A stretch of DNA of 39,002 nucleotides from an uncultured Candidatus Saccharibacteria bacterium (GTDB lineage: Bacteria; Patescibacteriota; Minisyncoccia; Phycocordibacterales; UBA1006). Numbering within the stretch: position 1 is the first letter of the stretch; each line of letters starts with the position of its first letter. This document shows, piece after piece, positions 1 to 7,945 of this stretch. The stretch covers positions 1,255 to 40,256 of the forward strand of contig CAZAZY010000001.1 in assembly GCA_964489785.1 (NCBI GenBank), written 5' to 3'. The notes beneath the pieces are model-generated. The model did no database searches. It was not told the DNA's origin and was given only the letters and a program-made list of their open reading frames with translations. The position numbers and the translations under genes are program-made.

Positions 1-1000
1 TTCCCACTGATGGATTGTTTGTTGTTACTTGGGGTGGTAGTTGGGTTGGGGGTTGATTTATCTGTGCAGAAAAAGGAATTACCGATCCACAGTTTTGTCC
101 CACAGAGTTAGACCCACAAGCCTTGTAATAATACGTCACTCCTGATTGTAATCCAGACAATGATGCACTGAAATCTCCGGCTTGATTTGTTGTGCCTGGA
201 ACATTTAGCACTGTTGTAGGATTAGGAGTGGTTCCCCATGCAAACCATCGTGTAACATTTCCTGAAACTGGTGATTGCAATGTTCCTGACAATACTGCAT
301 TCGTTTGTGAAACTGAAGAAGGTTGATTTGTTGTAACAGTTGGTGATTGAACTTGTGGCACCTGATTCATTTGCGTTGAGAAGGGTAAAATATTACCACA
401 AATCTGCCCCACATTGTTCGAAGCACATGCTCGGTAATAATACGTCACCCCTGATTGTAATCCAGAGATTTGTGAAGTGAACTGTCCTGGTTGGTTTTGT
501 GTTCCAAAGATTGAAACTATTGTTCCCAAAGAAGTTGTCTGCCCCCATTCAAACCATCGTGTAGAAGTTGATGATCCAGAAGATACTAATGTTCCTGATA
601 GTGTTGCATTAGTTGTTCCCACTGATGGATTGTTTGTTGTTACTTGGGGTGGTAGTTGGGTTGGGGGTTGCACAGGTGGTTGCTGAGTTGTCTGAGTCAT
701 AAAAGAAACCCACGCTCCACAAGCTTGCACGCCCTGATTCGAAGCACACGCTCGATATGAATAACTAACACCCGGTGAAAGATTCTGTTTTGTATACTGG
801 AATGCATTTGATGGATTATTTCCTTGGTTTGTTCCACCAAAAGAATTACCTTGAAATTCAAACCATGAATTTACCGATCCAACAGTTCCTGAAATAGAAT
901 AATTTCCAGAAAAACCTGCTGTGTTTTGTGTCACGAAACTAGGTGTGTTTGTTGTTACGTTTGGTGCAGAATAATTTGTTGGTGGTGGAGGCGGCGGAGG
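1..1000 (-). repeat. In-frame tandem coding repeats, period about 309 bp, within the surface-protein gene
   Basis: There is an exact 55-bp repeat at 1-55 and 616-670. A 33-bp repeat at 125-157 and 434-466 has one mismatch (offset 309 bp). Both copies of each repeat stay in the same reading frame. Confidence 0.85.
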
Positions 1001-1576
1001 TGTAGTTGTTTGACCCACCTTGAATCTCACAGTCATTGAACCTTGTGTTCCAATAACTCCATATCCAGGATTTACTGTCCCAATCGAAAAACCATTAGAA
1101 CTGAAAACATCGGCCCCATTTGGTGGATAAGTATAATTCTCAAAAGTATCAAAAAGTTTTACCGTATTTGAACCACCCATAAAATTAAGTGTTTGGGCTT
1201 GAGAAAGGTTTACTGTAGCAGTTCCTGTTGCAGTAGAGCCATTTGAAGACAAGATGCTTGCCTGCAATACATGTGTCGTGTTTGACCCAGAATTCTGAGG
1301 AGTTAATCGAAGTCGTACATTCTGAGCAGGACTGGTTCCTGTATTTTCAAAATAAATAACTGCAACGACCTCATCGCCAGGATTAGCATTTATAGACCCA
1401 TAATAATTATATGAGTTTGGATCTTGTGTATAGTTTGAAACTTCTAATACAGGATAAGCCCCACCCTGAAAAGAAACAAATGCTTCTGAGATTGCTGGTA
1501 AAAAACCAAAAACACTCATTGCAAAAATTCCAACGACTGATATTTTTTTTACTTGTGATAAAATTTTTGTAAACAT
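1..1576 (-). CDS. Secreted repeat-rich surface protein, N-terminal part only (ORF runs off the window start): signal peptide, Ig/CARDB-like beta-sandwich, poly-Pro linker, at least 4 Fn3-like repeats of about 100 aa
   Basis: ATG at 1576-1574 (minus) opens a frame with no stop down to position 1. It is absent from the ORF track because it has no stop in the window. Translation starts MFTKILSQVKKISVVGIFAMSVFGFLPAISEAF (signal peptide). It continues with NPGDEVVAVIYFENTGTSPAQNVRLRL, a TTTPPPPPPPTNY linker, then repeated modules carrying TRWFEWG / SWFEFQG and SGLQSGVTYYYRACASN..G..CG....F.T motifs. Confidence 0.75.
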   Translation of the reverse strand, partial: MFTKILSQVKKISVVGIFAMSVFGFLPAISEAFVSFQGGAYPVLEVSNYTQDPNSYNYYGSINANPGDEVVAVIYFENTGTSPAQNVRLRLTPQNSGSNTTHVLQASILSSNGSTATGTATVNLSQAQTLNFMGGSNTVKLFDTFENYTYPPNGADVFSSNGFSIGTVNPGYGVIGTQGSMTVRFKVGQTTTPPPPPPPTNYSAPNVTTNTPSFVTQNTAGFSGNYSISGTVGSVNSWFEFQGNSFGGTNQGNNPSNAFQYTKQNLSPGVSYSYRACASNQGVQACGAWVSFMTQTTQQPPVQPPTQLPPQVTTNNPSVGTTNATLSGTLVSSGSSTSTRWFEWGQTTSLGTIVSIFGTQNQPGQFTSQISGLQSGVTYYYRACASNNVGQICGNILPFSTQMNQVPQVQSPTVTTNQPSSVSQTNAVLSGTLQSPVSGNVTRWFAWGTTPNPTTVLNVPGTTNQAGDFSASLSGLQSGVTYYYKACGSNSVGQNCGSVIPFSAQINQPPTQLPPQVTTNNPSVG

Positions 1577-1619
1577 ATTGATAACGTAATAATAATTTTT
1601 AATAACAACAAATTTGAAA

Positions 1620-1676
1620 TCTGAATCGAAAATTCAGAACTCAAAAATGTGGGGGAATCTTTTTATCGACTCCCCC
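1620..1676 (-). terminator. Two tandem hairpins downstream of the collagen-like gene (candidate intrinsic terminators)
   Basis: GGGGGA (1651-1656) pairs with TCCCCC (1671-1676). TCTGAAT (1620-1626) pairs with ATTCAGA (1632-1638). On the minus strand both hairpins are followed by T-rich tracts, and they lie directly after the stop codon at 1686. Confidence 0.4.
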
Positions 1677-1685
1677 TCGTTCTAC

Positions 1686-2957
1686 TTACCATGTGACATA
1701 GTCCAACAATTCTCCCTTGTAGGTTACAATCAAAGTTCGATCAAATCTGATACGCATCATTCCATCAGATGGGATTTGAATACTTACCAATCTTTGACCC
1801 TGCACCTGAATGACTCCATTATTATGGAGAATGGTAAAACCCTGGGTTTCAAGATTTCTGAACCTGCGCTCGTATTCAGCGAGCTTGGCAGAATCTACAA
1901 AGCCCGTTGGTCCACGAGGACCAGTTTCACCTCGTTCCCCACGATCACCTTTGTCACCCTTGGATCCAGTGTCGCCTTTGGGACCTTGGATACCCTGAGG
2001 ACCAGGCGATCCATCTTTACCTGGAGCACCATCGCGACCAGGTAATCCCTGAGGACCAATCGGACCCTGAACACCATCCTTACCATCACGGCCTGGGGCA
2101 CCAGTTTCACCTCGTTCCCCACGATCACCTTTGTCACCCTTGGATCCAGTGTCGCCTTTGGGACCTTGGATACCCTGAACACCATCCTTACCATCACGGC
2201 CGTCTTTTCCATCGCGCCCATCTTTACCTTTTTCACCCATGGGTGGATTAGGTACATCATAGGCATCTTCTGGAATTTTTAGGTCTGGGGTTTTTGGCTC
2301 GCGGGCCACATAGGGAACCTCCTTGCTTTGACCAGACATCATTTTGCCCGTGGGAACATCTTGATATCCAGATTTCAAAGGATTATCCTTGTCAAAGAGT
2401 GGACTATTCATTCCCACTGGCGAACCATTTGCCAATAATAAAATAATCTTACCTTTGTACACCAAAACTTTTTCACCACGAAGGTCACTAAGTTTGGTCT
2501 TCTTGGGTTTTGAGAAATTATCATACACCCAAACAAAAATACCTGGGTTTTGACGAATAAGGCTTTCATTAATGACAATTTCTCGAGAATCCTCGAGAAT
2601 TTTCCTGGCTTCAATGATATCCCACATACTTTCGCGTGTAGTATATATATTGAAACCAACATCACCTCGATAGCCATAATAAAAAATTTGCCCTAAAAAA
2701 AGACAAATCACATCTCCAATGTTTGAAACACTGGCAGTACCAGCAATAGAATCTTGAAATGTAGATGGACTCATCTTGCGATATTCTGGACGAACCAATT
2801 TTCGATCGCCAGAAAATACACCATTTATCCAACCCCAGCGATTCTCTGCTGAATATGTGAACCCGGATTCCTCTGGGTTATATTTTTGGGCCCAACCTTC
2901 AAACGAAGGCAGAACCCCCAGTATGCACACAGCACACATGACAAAGAACTGTTTCAT
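1686..2957 (-). CDS. Secreted bacterial collagen-like protein: signal peptide, about 215-aa N-terminal globular region, 37 uninterrupted Gly-X-Y triplets, 71-aa C-terminal domain
   Basis: The 423-aa ORF starts MKQFFVMCAVCILGVLPSFEGWAQ (signal peptide). Residues 241-352 (nt about 1902-2237) read GEKGKDGRDGKDGRDGKDGVQGIQGPKGDTG...GETGPRGPTG with Gly at every third position. Confidence 0.85.
   Translation of the reverse strand: MKQFFVMCAVCILGVLPSFEGWAQKYNPEESGFTYSAENRWGWINGVFSGDRKLVRPEYRKMSPSTFQDSIAGTASVSNIGDVICLFLGQIFYYGYRGDVGFNIYTTRESMWDIIEARKILEDSREIVINESLIRQNPGIFVWVYDNFSKPKKTKLSDLRGEKVLVYKGKIILLLANGSPVGMNSPLFDKDNPLKSGYQDVPTGKMMSGQSKEVPYVAREPKTPDLKIPEDAYDVPNPPMGEKGKDGRDGKDGRDGKDGVQGIQGPKGDTGSKGDKGDRGERGETGAPGRDGKDGVQGPIGPQGLPGRDGAPGKDGSPGPQGIQGPKGDTGSKGDKGDRGERGETGPRGPTGFVDSAKLAEYERRFRNLETQGFTILHNNGVIQVQGQRLVSIQIPSDGMMRIRFDRTLIVTYKGELLDYVTW
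1921..2178 (-). repeat. Exact 78-bp direct duplication inside the collagen stalk, copies 180 bp apart
   Basis: Positions 1921-1998 are identical to 2101-2178. The 180-bp offset equals 20 Gly-X-Y triplets. A further 27-bp repeat lies at 2066-2092 and 2175-2201. Confidence 0.9.
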
Positions 2958-3014
2958 TGTGTAAGGTTTAAAGGTTCGTATTTCTGAATGAAAACCACAC
3001 GGTCTCTAAATATA

Positions 3015-3043
3015 AGCTTAGCATAGTTTTACTTTTTTGTCAA
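3015..3043 (-). promoter_or_regulatory. Candidate sigma70-type promoter of the collagen-like gene
   Basis: The minus strand reads TTGACA (3043-3038), a 17-nt spacer ending in TGC, then TAAGCT (3020-3015). The architecture closely matches the promoter candidate at 4415-4443 (shared TATGCTAnnCT). Confidence 0.35.
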
Positions 3044-3100
3044 CATGTTGCTTTATCCCTTTCTCTACTTTTTTAAAACTTCTTTTCTATGAAAAATCTT

Positions 3101-3139
3101 AAAAAAATAGAGGAGGTTCGCAAGTTTGCAAACCTCCTC
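3101..3139 (-). terminator. Rho-independent terminator of the 382-aa gene
   Basis: GAGGAGGTT (3110-3118) pairs with AACCTCCTC (3131-3139), with an inner GCAA/TTGC extension. On the minus strand the hairpin is followed by a T-run (plus-strand A7 at 3101-3107). It lies 7 nt after the stop at 3146. Confidence 0.8.
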
Positions 3140-3145
3140 ATTTAA

Positions 3146-4294
3146 TTACCAACCATTACCACCACGTGTTGGTCGACCACCTTGAATAGGTGAGACAACC
3201 GGGGCTGGTTGATATCCAGGTTGAACTTGTCTCCCGGGCCGATAATTGGGTGGAAAGTATCCAGGAACACCACCGCCACCAAAATTCAGTGACAGACCGG
3301 CATTCACGTTTGTGACACCACCCATTCCATGAGCACAGTATCCAGGATTACAACCGCAAGCAGTTCCACCTCCACCCTGAACATAGACAACGCGACTTCC
3401 ATCACCATCATGATGAGTGTATTCGTTATTACTACGTTCTTGCTTTTGGTCATCACAACAGCGTGACTTTTCCACCAGAGCATCCATAGCCTTGTCTTGG
3501 TTCCGAATATTACTTTCCCCTTGTTTTACACGCAGGTACTCGTCATTCATTCTTGCCAAGTCTCGGTCACGCACACTCAGGTACTGCTCCACCTCGTCAT
3601 AGTGACTCCTGACGATCTTCTTTCGAACACCGTCACAATCGTCACCATAACAGTCTGAAGATGATCTCGAGGATGAACTCGCATGCGAGCTTGAACTCTG
3701 TTGATCATTCTGGCGAACCTGTTGATTACCAACAGGCACTGGAGCTGGCTGAGGCCTGGTGTCGATTTCCACCTGCTGAGGTGCAGGAGTAGGATTATCA
3801 GCTGTAGAATAACCACTGAGATCTTGTGTCGGATCAGCAATCCAATCACTGGGTTCAATCACAGGGTTAATACATTGACATCCAGCAAGAACTTTACCCG
3901 ATGGTTCGTGTACTAACAGCTGTTCACCAGAGCGAAGACCTCGGGTATTACCCATCTTGGTCATCTTACCCCTTACCTGACCCCATAACCGATACTGATG
4001 GGCCATCATGGCTTTGGTTGGTTCCTTGCACACCGAAGCGTTCAAGACATCCATCCAATTCTGTCCTGGAACAGCGCGCTCCACAACATCTCTGATGACC
4101 GGCTCGAGGTCTTTAAAATCTACCCCAAGTGTATAACCCGGAGGATTAACACCAGCCGTCAATGCGTTAATAACATCAACGGTTGCGTGAGATTTCCCCT
4201 CTGGAAATTTGCAGATGGGATCAACTTTTTGGGCAAAGCCCTGGAGTGTTGTCATAATGGCAACCACCGTGATGGAAAAGAACTTGGTTTTCAT
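3146..4294 (-). CDS. Secreted Cys-, Ser- and Gly-rich hypothetical protein
   Basis: The 382-aa ORF starts with the signal peptide MKTKFFSITVVAIMTTLQGFAQ. It has a Ser-rich tract SSSSHASSSSRSSSD, a Cys cluster GGGGTACGCNPGYCAHG, and a Gly/Pro/Tyr-rich C-terminus ending GGNGW. I recognise no family. Confidence 0.7.
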   Translation of the reverse strand: MKTKFFSITVVAIMTTLQGFAQKVDPICKFPEGKSHATVDVINALTAGVNPPGYTLGVDFKDLEPVIRDVVERAVPGQNWMDVLNASVCKEPTKAMMAHQYRLWGQVRGKMTKMGNTRGLRSGEQLLVHEPSGKVLAGCQCINPVIEPSDWIADPTQDLSGYSTADNPTPAPQQVEIDTRPQPAPVPVGNQQVRQNDQQSSSSHASSSSRSSSDCYGDDCDGVRKKIVRSHYDEVEQYLSVRDRDLARMNDEYLRVKQGESNIRNQDKAMDALVEKSRCCDDQKQERSNNEYTHHDGDGSRVVYVQGGGGTACGCNPGYCAHGMGGVTNVNAGLSLNFGGGGVPGYFPPNYRPGRQVQPGYQPAPVVSPIQGGRPTRGGNGW

Positions 4295-4320
4295 GGTATC
4301 TGGATTTAAGTGAAACTTGG

Positions 4321-4379
4321 TTTGAATTGATTATTTTTTTATACAATTTTTATTGCGCTAAAAAAATAATCAATTCAAA
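4321..4379. promoter_or_regulatory. Perfect 20-bp inverted repeat (19-nt spacer) in the predicted 5' UTR of the 382-aa gene
   Basis: TTTGAATTGATTATTTTTTT (4321-4340) is the exact reverse complement of AAAAAAATAATCAATTCAAA (4360-4379). It lies 27 nt upstream of the ATG at 4294 and downstream of the promoter candidate at 4415-4443. Confidence 0.6.
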
Positions 4380-4414
4380 AAAGTAACTCCTCAATCCAAA
4401 GACCTTCATATACA

Positions 4415-4443
4415 AGTCTAGCATATAAATAACAATATGTCAA
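4415..4443 (-). promoter_or_regulatory. Candidate sigma70-type promoter of the 382-aa secreted-protein gene
   Basis: The minus strand reads TTGACA (4443-4438), a 17-nt spacer ending in TGC, then TAGACT (4420-4415). This is the same layout as 3015-3043. Confidence 0.4.
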
Positions 4444-4474
4444 TACCCCATAGGTAGGTATTTTATTGGTTTTT

Positions 4475-4483
4475 TGGTACAAT
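4475..4483 (+). promoter_or_regulatory. Extended -10 element (TGGTACAAT) upstream of pilB
   Basis: A TGnTAnAAT match lies 54 nt upstream of the pilB ATG, in the divergent intergenic region. Confidence 0.3.
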
Positions 4484-4536
4484 ACAACGGTATAACTATT
4501 CCCTCTTCATAGTATTTTCTTTTTTTACACTTATTT

Positions 4537-6729
4537 ATGTCATCAACATTTCAAGAAGACGATCAAATAAAAACCCTCGAAGAGCTTCGCCGCAAAGAAG
4601 AAGAATCTTTGGTGCAGATGTTGGCATCAAAAAACAACATGGCGTATGTGGATTTGACTGGAATGAGTATTGATAACGATGCTCTTATTCTTGTTTCCGA
4701 AGAAGAAGCTCGCGCATGTGAAATTGCACCATTTAAAATTGTCGGCAAGGAATTACAAATCGCTGTACGCTCACCTCATGCGCAAAAAGTAAAAGATAAA
4801 ATTGCAGAACTAGAGAAAAAAGAATACCAAATTACCACCCATCTTGCATCATGGAAAAGCCTTGAAAAAGCTTGGTCTAGATACAAAGACATAAACCAAA
4901 CAACTGCAACCCGAGGTGGATTCGTTGATATTTCTTCAGAAACTTTGGAAAAAATTGCTTCCCGGGTAAAAACCAACAATGATATTAAAAAACTGATTGA
5001 CGAAGCCATTGAAACTGATCCAGGACATATCGTTTCTCGAGTTCTTGAAATTACTCTTGCAGGAGGTATCTCTACAGGATCATCAGATATTCACCTAGAA
5101 GCCCAGGAAGAGCACGCCCTCATCAGATTGCGCCAGGATGGTGTATTACAAGATGTTGCCATTATTTCTACAGAAATCTATAACAAGATTACGTCTCGAT
5201 TGAAGTTGCTTTCTCAAATGAAATTAACCACAACTGCCGGAGCACAAGATGGACGTTTTACTATTGAATACCAAGGAACAGAAATTGAAATTCGTAATTC
5301 TATTATTCCTAGTTCATATGGAGAAGGTTTTGTTATGCGTATTTTGGATCCAAAAGGTTTAACTCGCGGGTTTAATGAATTAGGTATCGAACCAAAACTA
5401 CTTTCTATTTTAGATAAAGAAATCAGAAAACCAAACGGATTACTGTTGACCACTGGCCCAACAGGTTCTGGTAAAACAACCACCCTATATTCATTCTTGA
5501 AAGAATTATATTCTCCTGAAATTAAAATATTAACTATCGAAGACCCTATTGAATACCATCTTCCAGGTATTACCCAAACACAAACCAACCATGAAAAAGG
5601 GTATGATTTTTTGGCGGGTCTTCGTGCTGCATTGCGACAAGACCCCGATATTGTGATGGTCGGTGAAATTCGAGATGCAGAAACTACAAAGATTGCTATC
5701 AATGCGTCTCTGACTGGACACTTTGTGATTTCTACATTGCACACAAACAATGCTGCGGGTGCTATTCCTCGTCTTTTGGATCTTGGTGCCAGCGCGCAGG
5801 TATTAGGGTCTGCCCTATCTGTTGTCATGGCGCAACGTTTGATTCGTCGTGTATGTAAAGATTGCAAAAAAGAAGAACCCCCTACCCCCGAAGAAGAAAT
5901 GTTGATTGATAATCTTATCGCTGGTATTCAGTCAAAAAATATTGATATGGAAAAAGAATACGGGTTGGTATACAAAAAAGGCGAAACAAAAATTGTACGC
6001 GCTGTTGGATGTGAAAAATGTAACAACACGGGATACAAAGGTCGTGTCGGTTTATATGAAGCAATTCTTATGGATAAAAAGATGGAAGAGTTATTGTATG
6101 TACGACCCAGCGAACGTGAAGTTATGAAAACTGCACAATCACAAGGTTTGTTTAATATGCAAGAAGACGGATTATTAAAAATCCTTCGAGGAGAAACAAC
6201 CTTCGAAGAAGTTGGCAGTGCTGTTGATATGGAAGAATGGTTTGATCTTAATCAAGGTGGCGTTCCAAAAGAAACACCCACACAACAACCAGAAACAATT
6301 TCACAACCAATCGTTACTGAAAAAAAAACCGAACCAAAAATACCTAACCCTACTGGAATTAACTTTAATCCAACAGAAAAACCCTTGCGTGACCAAGAGT
6401 TATCATTGTTAGTTGATTATCTACAAACATTAGAACAAGATTACACACAACGCCCAGAAGAATCATTAGCACGAAAAATACAAACAGCAAGAAATACTAT
6501 TTTAGAAATTGTAAAAAATCGCTTTACAGACAACGAAGATAATACTCTTCATGAACAAGAAAAATTAAAGAATGAAATTCACACCATTGTAGAAGAACTT
6601 CAAAACTTAGAGAAAACTTCTCTTGATGTGGGGTCGTTACCTACGACAGTAAATCAATTAACTACAATACGAGGCATCGTAGAAAAAATTCGGCAACAAA
6701 AAACCCCGAGTACACAAATCTCTCAATAA
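4537..6729 (+). CDS. pilB: Type IV pilus / type II secretion assembly ATPase (PilB/GspE family) with an extra C-terminal extension of about 165 aa
   Basis: It has Walker A GPTGSGKTTT, Walker B/Asp box DPDIVMVGEIRD and His box TGHFVISTLHTNNA. A tetra-Cys motif reads CKDCKKE...CEKCNNTGYKGR. The N-terminus resembles a GspE_N domain. Confidence 0.93.
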   Translation: MSSTFQEDDQIKTLEELRRKEEESLVQMLASKNNMAYVDLTGMSIDNDALILVSEEEARACEIAPFKIVGKELQIAVRSPHAQKVKDKIAELEKKEYQITTHLASWKSLEKAWSRYKDINQTTATRGGFVDISSETLEKIASRVKTNNDIKKLIDEAIETDPGHIVSRVLEITLAGGISTGSSDIHLEAQEEHALIRLRQDGVLQDVAIISTEIYNKITSRLKLLSQMKLTTTAGAQDGRFTIEYQGTEIEIRNSIIPSSYGEGFVMRILDPKGLTRGFNELGIEPKLLSILDKEIRKPNGLLLTTGPTGSGKTTTLYSFLKELYSPEIKILTIEDPIEYHLPGITQTQTNHEKGYDFLAGLRAALRQDPDIVMVGEIRDAETTKIAINASLTGHFVISTLHTNNAAGAIPRLLDLGASAQVLGSALSVVMAQRLIRRVCKDCKKEEPPTPEEEMLIDNLIAGIQSKNIDMEKEYGLVYKKGETKIVRAVGCEKCNNTGYKGRVGLYEAILMDKKMEELLYVRPSEREVMKTAQSQGLFNMQEDGLLKILRGETTFEEVGSAVDMEEWFDLNQGGVPKETPTQQPETISQPIVTEKKTEPKIPNPTGINFNPTEKPLRDQELSLLVDYLQTLEQDYTQRPEESLARKIQTARNTILEIVKNRFTDNEDNTLHEQEKLKNEIHTIVEELQNLEKTSLDVGSLPTTVNQLTTIRGIVEKIRQQKTPSTQISQ

Positions 6730-6875
6730 TCCTTTTAATAAAACTTACCAAAAGTTCCATACCTTACCAAGGATGGTCCTCGCTAACTGAATAAACAGGT
6801 AGCCAAGACGTCCTTCTTAAAGCATCAATAAGACCATGCGGTCCGATTACTGAGAGATTTATAAACTCGGGGATG

Positions 6876-6884
6876 TGCTATAAT
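6876..6884 (+). promoter_or_regulatory. Extended -10 promoter element TGCTATAAT upstream of ruvB
   Basis: A perfect TGnTATAAT lies 61 nt upstream of the ruvB ATG. Confidence 0.45.
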
Positions 6885-6944
6885 CCAAAAGCGCTCTTAT
6901 TCAATTATTCAAGTACCTAGAGAGTTTAGCATAATTAAAAATAT

Positions 6945-7922
6945 ATGTCAACCCCCCTAAAAAACACCCCTGATACCAATCTAGATCAAACATTGCGTCC
7001 AACAACGTGGGATGAATATATTGGACAGACGACTATAAAACAAAATGTTCGTATTTTATTACAAGCAGCTGACCAAAGAAACCACCCTGCTGAACATATT
7101 TTATTTTACGGCCCACCCGGACTTGGGAAAACAACTCTTGCACACCTGATTGCACGAGAAACAAAAAGACAAATTAAAATAACTTCTGGTCCAGCAATAG
7201 AAAAAGTTGGAGACCTGGCATCGATACTCACCAATCTTTCTCCAGGAGACATTGTATTTATAGATGAGATCCACCGATTAAATAAAATGATTGAAGAAGT
7301 TCTCTACCCTGCGATGGAATCTGGTGTATTAGATATTATTATTGGAAAAGGTCCCTCTGCACGAACTATTCAGCTGGAATTACCTCCGTTTACATTGATT
7401 GCTGCGACGACGAGAATCTCTTTACTGTCTGCTCCATTACGATCTCGTTTTTCTGGTGGTGTTTTTCGACTAGAATTTTATTCTGAAAAAGAGATCGAAG
7501 AAATAATAAAAAGAAGTGCAAAGGTTTTACAAATAGAGATAGCCCCCGAAGCAATTACAGAAATTGCAAAACGTTCCCGATTTACTCCACGAACTGCGAA
7601 TTATTTCCTGAAACGATGTCGAGATTACGCACAAGTACATAATCAACCATTGGATAAAAAAACTGTTTTTCTTGCTTTGTCTCTTCTTGGAATTGATGAA
7701 TTAGGATTATCTGACAATGATCGGATGATATTAGAAACTCTTATTGAAAAATTCAAAGGCGGACCGGTTGGATTAGGAACACTCTCTGCATCAACCAACG
7801 AAGAAGCGGCAACCATAGAAGAAGTTGTGGAGCCTTACCTTCTTCAACAAGGACTCCTGGAGCGAACTGCAAAGGGGCGCGTGGCAACCCAAAAGGCAAA
7901 GGATCACCTTGGTTTTTCATAG
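6945..7922 (+). CDS. ruvB: Holliday junction branch migration helicase RuvB
   Basis: The ORF has LRPTTWDEYIGQ, Walker A GPPGLGKTTLA, Walker B IVFIDEIHRL, and a C-terminal winged helix EPYLLQQGLLERTAKGR. Confidence 0.97.
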   Translation: MSTPLKNTPDTNLDQTLRPTTWDEYIGQTTIKQNVRILLQAADQRNHPAEHILFYGPPGLGKTTLAHLIARETKRQIKITSGPAIEKVGDLASILTNLSPGDIVFIDEIHRLNKMIEEVLYPAMESGVLDIIIGKGPSARTIQLELPPFTLIAATTRISLLSAPLRSRFSGGVFRLEFYSEKEIEEIIKRSAKVLQIEIAPEAITEIAKRSRFTPRTANYFLKRCRDYAQVHNQPLDKKTVFLALSLLGIDELGLSDNDRMILETLIEKFKGGPVGLGTLSASTNEEAATIEEVVEPYLLQQGLLERTAKGRVATQKAKDHLGFS

Positions 7923-7930
7923 TTTTTTCG

Positions 7931-7939
7931 TGCTATACT
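7931..7939 (+). promoter_or_regulatory. Extended -10 element TGCTATACT 6 nt upstream of the ruvC ATG (leaderless-type promoter)
   Basis: TGCTATACT is at 7931-7939, followed by TTTTTT and then the ATG at 7946. Confidence 0.45.
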
Positions 7940-7945
7940 TTTTTT

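Noticed and set aside
1-1000. CRISPR-like or non-coding tandem repeat array
   Set aside because: The repeats are about 309 bp long, stay in frame within one long minus-strand ORF, and encode a repeated protein module. There is no short repeat/spacer structure.
1-2201. Diversity-generating retroelement template/variable repeat pairs
   Set aside because: There is no reverse transcriptase gene in the window. The repeat copies are identical or differ at non-adenine positions (T/C), not in the adenine-specific pattern expected of DGRs.
1614-2266. Four overlapping ORFs in other frames or strands (1614-2045+, 1810-1998+, 1895-2266-, 1907-2251+)
   Set aside because: These are artefacts of the repetitive Gly-X-Y coding sequence, which stays open in several frames. 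The 423-aa collagen-like ORF, with a signal peptide and terminator, explains the region.
5214-5867. 217-aa antisense ORF inside pilB, plus similar antisense ORFs at 7933-8283, 10334-10684, 20105-20569, 25088-25450, 27886-28293 and 34333-34767
   Set aside because: Each lies wholly within a longer ORF whose product has clear family motifs or coherent topology. None has its own promoter or terminator signals or recognisable motifs.
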